A stretch of 64,000 nucleotides of DNA from Candidatus Latescibacterota bacterium (GTDB lineage Bacteria > Latescibacterota > UBA2968 > UBA8231), in the NCBI GenBank assembly GCA_965248265.1, contig CBDFJF010000001.1:704001-768000 (forward strand). Direction: 5' to 3'. Under the pieces are notes generated by a model. It was given only the letters and a program-made list of their open reading frames with translations. It made no database searches and was not told the DNA's origin. This document shows positions 50,762-59,942 of this stretch, in pieces. Made by a program: the position numbers and the translations under genes. Each line of letters begins with the position of its first letter. The first letter of the stretch is position 1.

Positions 50762-51669
50762 AGCGCGGCTCCTCCGTCATCGAGGCCCGGACGCACGTAC
50801 TCAATGAAGCACTCCTCGAGACTCAAGCCCATCACCTCCACAATCTGACACCCTGCATCTGTGATCGCTTTCGCTTTCTCGTCGTCAAACCCAATGACCG
50901 TTAGCATGCGCTGCTCACCGTCACCCTGCACCGCTGTCACACCCTGCATACCGCTCAGGTTCGAAACGCCATTGTGAGTCTTTACCAGGACTTTCTTGAT
51001 CGTCTGCTTGATTGCATCCACTTCGTCACACACCAATAGCTTGCCGCCATCCAGAATCGCCACCCGGTCTGCCACCCTTTCCACCTCGTCCACCATGTGC
51101 GAAGACAGGAACACGGTGCGGCCCTCACCCTGGATGATCTCGATGATGCTCTCGAGGAAGTCGCGTCGGACGAGCACGTCGAGTCCGGTGGCAGGCTCGT
51201 CGAGTATCAAAAGAGGCGGCCGGTGCCCCATCGCCAGGGTGAGTGCCAGCTGCGCGTTCATGCCCCTGGAAAGGTTCTTGACCTTGGCCTCCGGATCGAG
51301 TCCAAACCTGGCCAACAGGTCATCGATGAGTTTCCCATCCCAGTTATCGTAGAACCCCCCGGTGAACCAGGCGATTTCCCGGACTTTCATCCATCCGTAT
51401 AGCGTCGGGACCTCACCGACGTAGCCTACCGCGCGCTTGATGGCGACGTCGTCCGAGTGCGGCTCCTTTCCGAGCACGCGGCAGTGACCATCCGATGGCG
51501 AAATCAGATTCAGCAGCATCTTGATCGTCGTCGTTTTACCAGCGCCGTTGCGCCCGAGAAAACCGAACACCGTCCCTGCATCGACGTTCAGAGTCAGGTC
51601 ATCGACCGCGGTATGACTGCCGAACCTCTTGCTGAGATGCTCTATTGCGATTGCCGTGTTCGCACTCAT
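50758..51669 (-). CDS. ABC transporter ATP-binding protein
   Basis: GRNGAGKTT, LSRG, LILDEP. Confidence 0.93.
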   Translation of the reverse strand: MSANTAIAIEHLSKRFGSHTAVDDLTLNVDAGTVFGFLGRNGAGKTTTIKMLLNLISPSDGHCRVLGKEPHSDDVAIKRAVGYVGEVPTLYGWMKVREIAWFTGGFYDNWDGKLIDDLLARFGLDPEAKVKNLSRGMNAQLALTLAMGHRPPLLILDEPATGLDVLVRRDFLESIIEIIQGEGRTVFLSSHMVDEVERVADRVAILDGGKLLVCDEVDAIKQTIKKVLVKTHNGVSNLSGMQGVTAVQGDGEQRMLTVIGFDDEKAKAITDAGCQIVEVMGLSLEECFIEYVRPGLDDGGAAL

Positions 51670-52097
51670 GCCTGGTTCTCCCGGGTTGCTGATGTTGGTT
51701 GAAATGCCTGGAGGTGGCGTTTGAACACCCGCTCGAGCTGGTTGTGCGTCATGCCGACCTGAGTAGCCAGCACCAGTGCCTTGTCCAGCACCTCACCGAC
51801 GAGCCTGTCCCTCTCCTCTTCACTAATCTTCAGCGCCGACTGGCCGACGTAGGTCCCCATGCCACGACGCTTGTAGAGCACCCCTTCGCGCTCGAGGTCC
51901 AAGTAGGCTCTGACGACCGTATTCGGGTTGATGACATGTTCGGTCGCAAGCGCGCGCACTGAGGGCATCTCCGCATCGGGCTTGAGAACGCCCGTTGCCA
52001 CGTGGTACTTCACCTGCGCGACGATCTGTTGGTAGATCGGAACGCCGTCCGATGGATCGATCTTGAGGTGCAGGATGACTCGCCTCCGTTGTGGCAA
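51666..52097 (-). CDS. GntR family regulator, YtrA subfamily
   Basis: PIYQQI, PSVRALA..INPNTV.RAY..LE.EG; start uncertain. Confidence 0.9.
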   Translation of the reverse strand: MPQRRRVILHLKIDPSDGVPIYQQIVAQVKYHVATGVLKPDAEMPSVRALATEHVINPNTVVRAYLDLEREGVLYKRRGMGTYVGQSALKISEEERDRLVGEVLDKALVLATQVGMTHNQLERVFKRHLQAFQPTSATRENQA

Positions 52098-52119
52098 CTG
52101 TCGATTCCAGCTGCAGTGT

Positions 52120-52139
52120 TGTATTAGTCAACCGATACA
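52120..52139. promoter_or_regulatory. Probable YtrA operator
   Basis: TGTATTAG-TCAA-CCGATACA near-palindrome just upstream of the regulator. Confidence 0.6.
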
Positions 52140-52316
52140 GTAACTCAGCAAATGGCCGATGTCAACACTTAACTTCAAGACCCGGGCAATTTGACGCGCT
52201 AGGCCGAGCTCACGTATGTGCTCAAGCACCATCATGGCACGGGTCCAGAGTCCTCGCCGGATCGAACGATCAGCTGTCGTCGCTGCCGAACGAGCAGGCG
52301 CTACCACAGTCCAGGA

Positions 52317-52345
52317 TGCCCGTCAGTGACAGAGTCCGATGACCG
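52317..52345 (+). repeat. 29-bp site #17
   Basis: tgc ccgtcagt-GACAGAG-tccgatga ccg (26/29 identical to site #4). Confidence 0.85.
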
Positions 52346-52409
52346 GTCAGCGCAGCCGAAACGGAGTGACACTCCTGAGGCTCTGCCATTGTTCGCTCAA
52401 AAGGTTGAA

Positions 52410-52880
52410 ATGAATAACAAGATTCGGCTTGCAACGCGCGAAGACGCAATGGACATCCACCTCCTTCACACGAGATCAGTTCGTGGCCTATGTAGAGCAG
52501 ACTACACACCCGAGGTAATCGAGGGTTGGCTGCAGGACCGATCGCCCGAAGGATACAGAGGCATCGCCAAGAACGAGATGTATGTATACGAGGAAGAGAA
52601 TGAGATTGTCGGGTGGTCGCATGTACGACCCAAGGCAATTGTCGGATTGTTTGTCGATGCGGAGCATGCACGAAAAGGCATCGGCCGCGCTCTGTTTGAG
52701 CACGGTCTGGGAATCATCAGGCAGAGCACCAGTGAACACCTTGAATTTGCGTCGACACTCACAGCCGTGCCGTTTTACGAGAAGTGCGGATGTAAGCAGG
52801 TGAGTTCGTCAACTATTCGGAAGAACGAAGTTGACGTTTCAACGGTGATAATGACGCTGCCAGAGGTGGATGAACAATAG
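52410..52880 (+). CDS. GNAT acetyltransferase
   Basis: LFV..EHARKGIGRAL, STLTAVPFYEKCG. Confidence 0.85.
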   Translation: MNNKIRLATREDAMDIHLLHTRSVRGLCRADYTPEVIEGWLQDRSPEGYRGIAKNEMYVYEEENEIVGWSHVRPKAIVGLFVDAEHARKGIGRALFEHGLGIIRQSTSEHLEFASTLTAVPFYEKCGCKQVSSSTIRKNEVDVSTVIMTLPEVDEQ

Positions 52881-53013
52881 CAATTCTGGGTGCTGTGTTA
52901 TCTGCTCACAGAGTCCCACTCTGCGGGCTGCAAGCTGCAAGACGAATGGCCCCCGACCAGGCTGATCAGGGGGCCATTCGATTGTCACTCAGTCAGTTAT
53001 CTCCGACAACATG

Positions 53014-53994
53014 TCAATCAGACACCCGCAGCCAATTTCCACGCAGTGTTCCACCCCAATGCTGCGGGAGTTGCCAGTAGTGCGCAGCAGTCCGATCGCA
53101 GATGAGCACCGGTCGGTAGGGAGTCCCCGGGGAAAGAGGATTGGCGATCTGGAAGACAGTGGACTCGTCGCAAGCCGGAGGGAATAGCAGCGGCTGGCCC
53201 TGTTTAGCCAATACGGGTGAGGTTCCTCGGATCGGCATAATCGGACTTTCACGGTCTTCGAACTCCAGACCGAGCCAGCCGGCCATCGTTAGAGGCATTT
53301 GCATCGCTCCGGTGGCTGTCCCTCGAAGCTCGTACCTGTCTCTGCGAAGATTCTTCAACGTCCATAACCCTGATTCCATGAAATTTGCGTTCCGAATCGA
53401 TTGGTCGAGCTCCCGATTCATGATCCGCTCGACATCGGTGACCGGCCGCACAAGAAGATCTCTCTGTATGACGACGCCTCCCTGAAGAACGATTTCTGGA
53501 GACTCCTTCTGTGGCGTCGAGCGCCAGTACTTGCGAGATCTCTCTGATATTTTCTCAAGCGTTTCGCCGTCGTTGACATAACTGATCAGGTTCATGTCCC
53601 CCGCCCAAATCCTGTCAATTTGCCTCACCTCTGCCTCGTAGAGGCCAACCTTGACCTCTTCAGAAGAGGTGTGAATGACATGTTGCCGGTAATGCCACGC
53701 CCGCGCCTCCGCTTCGTCGTGCCAGAGGAAGAGCGAGTCGAAGCGGCTCGGTCGCTCTGAGAATTCGCGGGCGCGAACTACCTCCCAGATCAGTTCCAGC
53801 AAGGCCTGGACTCCGTGCGTCCCCAGCAGCGCGGAACTGTAGGGCACACAGGTTGCTGACGTTTCTCGGACCAGCCTTTTTCCAAATTCACCCCCAACGA
53901 GCTCGTCTCCTACTGTGAGATTCGGCGCGGCCGTCAAAAAAAGAGTCGATCCGACTCCGATGCTCACTCCGTCGAAATCCGTTCTGTCTCGCAT
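53014..53994 (-). CDS. DUF2441-like domain protein with C-terminal extension
   Basis: ELIWEVVR..EF..RPSR..SLF...KYW...PEIVL.G. Confidence 0.55.
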   Translation of the reverse strand: MRDRTDFDGVSIGVGSTLFLTAAPNLTVGDELVGGEFGKRLVRETSATCVPYSSALLGTHGVQALLELIWEVVRAREFSERPSRFDSLFLWHDEAEARAWHYRQHVIHTSSEEVKVGLYEAEVRQIDRIWAGDMNLISYVNDGETLEKISERSRKYWRSTPQKESPEIVLQGGVVIQRDLLVRPVTDVERIMNRELDQSIRNANFMESGLWTLKNLRRDRYELRGTATGAMQMPLTMAGWLGLEFEDRESPIMPIRGTSPVLAKQGQPLLFPPACDESTVFQIANPLSPGTPYRPVLICDRTAAHYWQLPQHWGGTLRGNWLRVSD

Positions 53995-54328
53995 GTCACG
54001 CTCCTTAGTTTGAGAGAATACGAGGACATGCGGCGGAGACCCGTCGGTACGATTAGTACACAAAAAAGCCGCCCGGTCAGGACGGCCTGTATTTCAACGA
54101 CTTAGGCTTCTGAGCCTAGTGCTCTCCTATCCCGGTGTCACTCGTACTGTGTATGTGTTGTCGCATGTCTTGGACATAACTCACCTCCTCCCTCGGCCGA
54201 GGGTGCTGTCACATTCGGGTCTATCTTATGGTACTTCAGGCGTGATAGTCCGGCAAGAAAAACTTTCATCTGCACTCGTAGCGTTCGTCGGTGACTGCTG
54301 CTCGGATTCTCACAGGGCACAAGCTGTA

Positions 54329-54357
54329 CGACCCACGTTGACAGAATCCGATGGTCA
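54329..54357 (+). repeat. 29-bp site #18
   Basis: cga cccacgtt-GACAGAA-tccgatgg tca. Confidence 0.85.
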
Positions 54358-54461
54358 TTCTCGCGGCAAGAGGCGCGGTTCATGCTTGTTATTGTTCAAA
54401 CGGGACATATTTTGAACTGGCAGCGTGTTGACCGTTCAGATTCGTGCTCGGGGAAACCATA

Positions 54462-55061
54462 ATGTCAGATGAGAGTAATCCTCACGATTCAGATTACTGG
54501 TCCAAATCTATGTTGCGAAATGCTGATGTGGTGATTGGTAGTCCTCTCGGCGAAATCGAAATAGTGAAGTACGATGAGGCGTGGTCAAGAGAGTATCTTC
54601 ATGAGAAACACGCGATTTTGGGGGTATTGAGGGATGATGTGGTCAGCATCGAGCTCGTGGGAAGCACGGCTATCGAGGGCATGGAGGCCAAACCAACAAT
54701 CGATATTGTCGCGGGTATGAAGACCTTGCTGCAATTAAATGCTTATCTAGAATGCCTAGCGAATATCGGCTACACGTTCAGACCCAACCATCCGGTCCCC
54801 GGCAGGCTTCACTTCGCAAAAATTACAAATGGACTTAGGACGCATAACCTGTCGTTGACTGAATATCTCAGCTCCTTTTGGCATGATCATGTCGTGTTTC
54901 GCGATTTTCTGAACGAAAACCCGAATGTTGCAGCCGAATACTTGAACCTCAAGCGCGAACTTGCCACGAATCACCCCAATGATCCGACGAGCTATACGGA
55001 TGGGAAGGATGAGTTCATCAAGCCGACGCTAGAGAACGTTAGGCTCGGGCGCAACAAGTGA
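54462..55061 (+). CDS. GrpB family nucleotidyltransferase-like protein
   Basis: GSTAI.G..AKP.IDI, FRDFL, Y..LK..LA, YTDGK..FI. Confidence 0.88.
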   Translation: MSDESNPHDSDYWSKSMLRNADVVIGSPLGEIEIVKYDEAWSREYLHEKHAILGVLRDDVVSIELVGSTAIEGMEAKPTIDIVAGMKTLLQLNAYLECLANIGYTFRPNHPVPGRLHFAKITNGLRTHNLSLTEYLSSFWHDHVVFRDFLNENPNVAAEYLNLKRELATNHPNDPTSYTDGKDEFIKPTLENVRLGRNK

Positions 55062-55210
55062 AATGGCGCTACGGCGTTGTCCCTGGGCAACCTGCTTCCC
55101 GGGTTCGGCAACCGTGAAAATGAGCAGGCGATGGCGGTCCTGTTCGAGATCACAGCCGCTGGCGGTTGGTCAGCGTAGAGGTATCGCAGAGCGTGGAGCA
55201 TTGACCTGAT

Positions 55211-55582
55211 ATGGAAAGCGATTTCGTTGATGCACGCACGTTCATTGGCAAGACCGTGGAGGTCACAATAGACCGCCCCCTCGGATCGAAGCATCCTAAA
55301 TCCGGGCATTTTTACCCTGTAAATTACGGGTTTTTGCCCAATGTCCCTGCACCCGACGGGGAGGACATGGATGCCTACGTTCTTGGTGTATTCGCACCGT
55401 TAGATACCTTTACGGGGCATTGCATAGCCGTCATCCAGCGAAATGATGACAATGATGACAAAGTTATTGTCGTACCAGAAGGGAAGTCATATTCCGATGA
55501 TCAAATTTTGTCTCTTACGGAGTTTCAAGAGAGATTCTTTCAGCCCACTGTAACGCGCGAAGCTGTTTCTGCCACAGATTGA
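55211..55582 (+). CDS. Short inorganic pyrophosphatase-like protein
   Basis: IDRPLGSKHP..YPVNYG..DGEDMDAY..DDK. Confidence 0.8.
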   Translation: MESDFVDARTFIGKTVEVTIDRPLGSKHPKSGHFYPVNYGFLPNVPAPDGEDMDAYVLGVFAPLDTFTGHCIAVIQRNDDNDDKVIVVPEGKSYSDDQILSLTEFQERFFQPTVTREAVSATD

Positions 55583-55674
55583 TAAGGTGAGGCTTCCTCT
55601 CTAGCAGCACGGGTTGCACGTAGTCGTCGTCGAACTACACGCCGCCTGGGGCTCCGGCTGTTGGCAGGTCTGAG

Positions 55675-55703
55675 CGACCCACGGATCTACAGTCTGATAC
55701 TCG
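55675..55703 (+). repeat. 29-bp site #19
   Basis: cga cccacgga-TCTACAG-tctgatac tcg. Confidence 0.8.
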
Positions 55704-55952
55704 CTTCGTCTTCCCGTAAATCTTGCCCACTGGCAGTTACGTACAATCAGCTCCCCGTCGCCCCTTCATACCGAAAAGATGATCTTATAGGGATTCAGAT
55801 ATCGTTTTGCATTGTCATGAGCGGCTACTAGCTTGGGTATAGAGGCTGGGGGTCTTGAGGTGACAGTGTCGACCAGTTCGCTGGGCTCACGGCCCAGGAT
55901 CCTCAGTCTCGCTTTAATTACAGATCTTGTCGATACAAGGCACGAGGATACA

Positions 55953-56585
55953 GTGACGGACCAAGCTGATTATCTATTGCCCACGTGGGCACCCCGAGTT
56001 CGCAAAGCAAAGATCGCTCAACTCTATAAGACGGCTGGGCTAGGCATCATCGACTCTGATATCGTCAATGAGGTGGGGTATGCGTTCTATGAGCGATGTT
56101 GCAGTATTCTCGAAGCGAGTTCGGCGGTTAGGGGGAAAGTGCATTGCCCAAACTGCAACTTCATTATTGAGCACGTTCCGTGGGAGAGCGAGGTGGTAGC
56201 ATGTGCGAAGTGCGATTGGGAGTGCCCTTGGGAGGTGTACCAGAAGACCTACCAGAGGAAGAACCTGACTGTGGGCGGTCTGAGGCCCTTTATTGAAGAA
56301 TACGTCGATAAGTTTCCCAAAGAGCGGTCTCCTTCGAACCGGCTGGTTCTCATTGACACGCTAATTCACTGTTTCCACTGGGGTGGTGGTCGGCCAGGCA
56401 GCGCGAACCTCATTGAGGGGAAACTGAAAGACATCATGCCGTTTCTCGACAAGCTGAGTTACGGAGACCAGATACCTGGAGGCGTCGAGGCGACCCGCGA
56501 TGAATGGCGACAAAAGTGGCAACAGAACAAGTGGAAGACGCGCGTGGAGCAGATGACTGCTCGGAAGAGGAGCAAGCCGAAATAG
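55953..56585 (+). CDS. Hypothetical Zn-ribbon protein
   Basis: CPNC..CAKC; GAGG RBS before GTG. Confidence 0.7.
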   Translation: MTDQADYLLPTWAPRVRKAKIAQLYKTAGLGIIDSDIVNEVGYAFYERCCSILEASSAVRGKVHCPNCNFIIEHVPWESEVVACAKCDWECPWEVYQKTYQRKNLTVGGLRPFIEEYVDKFPKERSPSNRLVLIDTLIHCFHWGGGRPGSANLIEGKLKDIMPFLDKLSYGDQIPGGVEATRDEWRQKWQQNKWKTRVEQMTARKRSKPK

Positions 56586-56640
56586 ATCCGCCAACGACGT
56601 ACGAAGGGGCACCCCTTCGTTCTGGTAAAAGACATTACGC

Positions 56641-57396
56641 ATGGAATCGCACATCGACGCAGACTACTTAGACGCTGAGAAATACGATCAGTACTACGGA
56701 ACGTACGCCGAGCCCCACGCTTGGCTGGTCGATCTACTACGAGACCGGGACACCATCATGGAATTGGCATGTGGTACGGGTCGAATTGCGATTCCTCTGG
56801 CCCAGCGCGGATTGTCTGTGACCGGCATAGATTATTCCAAACCCATGTTGGACCTCGCCCGCAAGAAAGCGACAGAGACCCATGTGGAGATCCAGCTGGC
56901 GCTGTGCGATATTCGCAACTTTGATCTTGGGAAGAAATTCGGATCCATTCTCCTTCTTTCGAATGCACTCTGGCACGTCCATGAGCGCTCAGACTTCCAA
57001 GCGTTAATGCAATGCGTACAGCGTCATTTGGAGCCCGATGGTCTCTTTGTCCTCGATGTTTTCGTTCCCAATTTGGACATCCTCAATCGTGATCCACAAC
57101 AACGCTATCCATTTAGTACCTACACGGAACAGGAAACGCGTGAGCAGGTCGAAGTGACCCAAACTCATATCTATGAACCGGACACTCAAATATCTAGAGT
57201 CGTGCAATACAAAGGTATGACAGACGAAATAATCGGCGGCCTCAACCTTCGCATGTACTTCCCACAGGAATTGGATGCCCTTTTGGCGCACAACGGAATG
57301 ATGATTGACGAAAAGTTCGGGAGTTGGGACCGAGCGCCCTTCGATGCGAATTCTAGACACCAGCTATACTTTTGCTCTTCTCGTGGCTCTATATAG
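56641..57396 (+). CDS. Class I SAM-dependent methyltransferase
   Basis: ELACGTGR, GIDYS..ML, HLEPDG. Confidence 0.9.
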   Translation: MESHIDADYLDAEKYDQYYGTYAEPHAWLVDLLRDRDTIMELACGTGRIAIPLAQRGLSVTGIDYSKPMLDLARKKATETHVEIQLALCDIRNFDLGKKFGSILLLSNALWHVHERSDFQALMQCVQRHLEPDGLFVLDVFVPNLDILNRDPQQRYPFSTYTEQETREQVEVTQTHIYEPDTQISRVVQYKGMTDEIIGGLNLRMYFPQELDALLAHNGMMIDEKFGSWDRAPFDANSRHQLYFCSSRGSI

Positions 57397-57448
57397 CAAT
57401 TTTTGAAGGTGCCGCCGATGGCGATACCGACGCCGACCAAATCTCTAG

Positions 57449-58252
57449 CTAACCCCGCGGCAGGTGGCCTTCGAGAAAGGCGATGACGAGCCGTTCGAAC
57501 GCCTCCGGCTGCTCCTCGGGCACGGTGTGGGAGGCGTCCTCCACTTCGACCAGCTCGGCGGCGGCAACCCGTTCGGCGATGAGCTCATGGTCCTTCGTGG
57601 GCGTGGACCAGTCCTCGGTGCCGCTGACCAGCAGCGTCGGACACCGGATGAGGTGCAGCTGGTCCCGGATGTCGTACTCGAAGATACCCCGAGCGTTGGC
57701 AGCGTATCCGAGGGACGGGTTGGCGGCGAACATCCTCCGGTAGAGCTCGACGGCGTCGGGATTCGCGGCGCGGAACGAATCGCTCAACCAGCGCTCCAAC
57801 CCCGGTTCGACGAGAGGCCCCATTCCGACGCTCTCCGCGGTCTCGATCCAGTGAGGGATGATTTCCCGCGTGCGATCTTCCATGTGGGCGGAGGTGCAGC
57901 ACATCACCAGCGCGCCGATGCGCTCGGGCTCGTCGATGGCCAGCTGCATGGCGGGGAAGCCGCCGAAGGCGTGGGCGACTATGGCGGCCTGGCCGATGTC
58001 GAGTGCATCCAGAATCGCATGCAGGTCGTCGGCGTGGTCCTGCACTGTGATCTTGGAGCCCGGCGTGTCGACGGACTCGGACCGTCCCATCCCACGCAGC
58101 TCGTAGACGACGGTGCGGTAGTCTCTGGCGAGCACGGGAGCCAGGTGGCGCCACAGGTCGCGGTTGAGTCCGTTACCGTGAATGCAGACTACGGGGTAGC
58201 CGCTGCCGGACTCGAATACCTGGAAGCGGGCGTCGTTGGCGATGATCTCCAT
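57449..58252 (-). CDS. Alpha/beta hydrolase (PcaD-like) with AHAFG at the nucleophile elbow
   Basis: IHGNG, LRGMGRS, PTLLVSGTED, ASH. Confidence 0.82.
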   Translation of the reverse strand: MEIIANDARFQVFESGSGYPVVCIHGNGLNRDLWRHLAPVLARDYRTVVYELRGMGRSESVDTPGSKITVQDHADDLHAILDALDIGQAAIVAHAFGGFPAMQLAIDEPERIGALVMCCTSAHMEDRTREIIPHWIETAESVGMGPLVEPGLERWLSDSFRAANPDAVELYRRMFAANPSLGYAANARGIFEYDIRDQLHLIRCPTLLVSGTEDWSTPTKDHELIAERVAAAELVEVEDASHTVPEEQPEAFERLVIAFLEGHLPRG

Positions 58253-58396
58253 TGGGTCTGTTCCCCCTTCCGTCCCGGCACGCCTGGTAGATCTTGGAGG
58301 ACGCTCTCGAGAAGAGAGCACCAGGTCAAGGCGCGGGCGTCACGACATCTCCTTTCACCGGTTAACCGGAGAGGTGTCTGATAAGGTAGCCGTCAC

Positions 58397-58425
58397 CGAG
58401 CATCGCATCCATACTGCGATTCCCG
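58397..58425 (+). repeat. 29-bp site #20
   Basis: cga gcatcgca-TCCATAC-tgcgattc ccg. Confidence 0.75.
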
Positions 58426-58444
58426 CGTGCAGGCCAGCGGGGAA

Positions 58445-59767
58445 TCAGTCGGTCCCGCCGATGCAGTACAGGTGGGTCCCGGTGCGGATGAACAGCTGGT
58501 CTCCGGCCACCGCCATCGACGACAGGGTGAGGCTGCCGTCGAGTTCGTTGACGTCCAGCTGCTGCAGCTTCGGTCCGGCGGCGAGGACCGTGGTGACGCC
58601 GTCCTCATTGGTGACGTACAGCTTGCCGTCCGCGAGCACGGGAGAGGCGCTGACTGAGCCTTCGGATGTGCGGTGAGGTCCCCACGTGAGGCGGCCAGTG
58701 GCGGCGTCAAGGCAGGTCACCTTCCCGCGGTCATCGACCATGTAGAAGTAACCCTTGTCCGCGACCGGTGTAGGCACGTCAGGGGCGCCGGCGCCGGTCC
58801 AGCTCCAGGCCAAATCGTCGCTCGATACCGCCCCCGAGGCGCCGAGACGGAAGGCCTGCAACGGTTTCTCCACGGTCGGCACGAACAGCATGTCGCCGGC
58901 CACGACGGGCGAACCGACGATCCGGCAGGCGCCCCACTTCTCCGGATTGAGGCCACCGACGCGCCACACCTCCACACCGGTCGCCGGGTCGTGGGCGGTC
59001 ACGTAATCGGCCCCGGACACCACGATCTCGCGTCGACCGTCACGCTCGATGAGCACGGGCGTGCTGTAGGCGTCCGGCGACTCGGCGACCGCATCCGTAG
59101 GACGCTCTCGACGCCACAGCACCTCCCCCGTGGCCGTGTCCAGGGCGATGACGTAAGAAGGGTTGCCCGCCTGCTCCCCGTGGAGGACTGCGAGGATGAG
59201 CCTGCCGTCCGTGAGCAAGGGCGACGATGCATACCCGAACTGCATCCCGAACCGGCCGTATTGCTCCTGCAAGTCCCGTCGCCAGACCACGTTTCCACCC
59301 ATGTCCAGGGCGGTCACGAGTCCGGCGCCGGTGACCGCCCATACGTGCCTGCCATCGGTGACCGGAGACGGCGAGGTGTTGTCGTGCTTCCTGTGCATCT
59401 GGTTGCCGGTATCGAGTGATCGGCGCCAGAGCTCCGCGCCATCCGCTCTGGCGAGACACAAGAGCAACAGCGCATCCTCACCCGGGTCGTGCCCGGTCTT
59501 CGACGACTGAGTTCCGTCCACGGGCCTGCTCGCGGAGGTGACGAACACCCGATCTCCCCACACCACCGGCGAGCCGCCGCTCCACGACGGCAGCGGTGCC
59601 GACCAGGCGATGTTCTCGGCGGCGCTCCAGCTTGTGGGCAAGCCCGTCGACGCACTGACGCCATTTCCGTGCGGGCCGCGCCACTGCGGCCAGTTCACAT
59701 CGGCTTCGGTGTGCACGCTCCAGATCAGTGCGATAAGTACCGCAGCGTTTGTGCCACGCATAACCAT
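58445..59767 (-). CDS. PQQ-like (BamB-type) beta-propeller protein
   Basis: NWPQWRGP, SSP/STP repeats, HLYCIG. Confidence 0.88.
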   Translation of the reverse strand: MVMRGTNAAVLIALIWSVHTEADVNWPQWRGPHGNGVSASTGLPTSWSAAENIAWSAPLPSWSGGSPVVWGDRVFVTSASRPVDGTQSSKTGHDPGEDALLLLCLARADGAELWRRSLDTGNQMHRKHDNTSPSPVTDGRHVWAVTGAGLVTALDMGGNVVWRRDLQEQYGRFGMQFGYASSPLLTDGRLILAVLHGEQAGNPSYVIALDTATGEVLWRRERPTDAVAESPDAYSTPVLIERDGRREIVVSGADYVTAHDPATGVEVWRVGGLNPEKWGACRIVGSPVVAGDMLFVPTVEKPLQAFRLGASGAVSSDDLAWSWTGAGAPDVPTPVADKGYFYMVDDRGKVTCLDAATGRLTWGPHRTSEGSVSASPVLADGKLYVTNEDGVTTVLAAGPKLQQLDVNELDGSLTLSSMAVAGDQLFIRTGTHLYCIGGTD

Positions 59768-59890
59768 GGACTCCCGTGTTTTCTGGAGAATTCGGTTGAC
59801 GACCACTCAGTGTCGCCAGGGTTGCCATGGGGTCGGGCGCCCGTTCCCGGACCGTGAGTACGGCAGCCAGTCATGAATATCTCGCAAGGA

Positions 59891-59920
59891 CGCCCATCAG
59901 TCTATCAGGACGGACGCCCG
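59891..59920 (+). repeat. Degenerate 29-bp site (1-nt insertion)
   Basis: cgc ccatcagt-CTATCAG(g)-acggacgc ccg; same spacer as site #14. Confidence 0.55.
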
Positions 59921-59942
59921 GATGGCTTTGAATGATGGTCCA

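Noticed and set aside
55061-55200. Possible structured ncRNA
   Set aside because: No recognisable family, and it reads like a coding remnant.
1180-58425. The 29-bp repeats as a CRISPR array or REP elements
   Set aside because: Spacing is mostly kilobases and irregular, with no cas genes. Arms are often not complementary within a copy, which argues for protein-bound duplex sites rather than hairpins.
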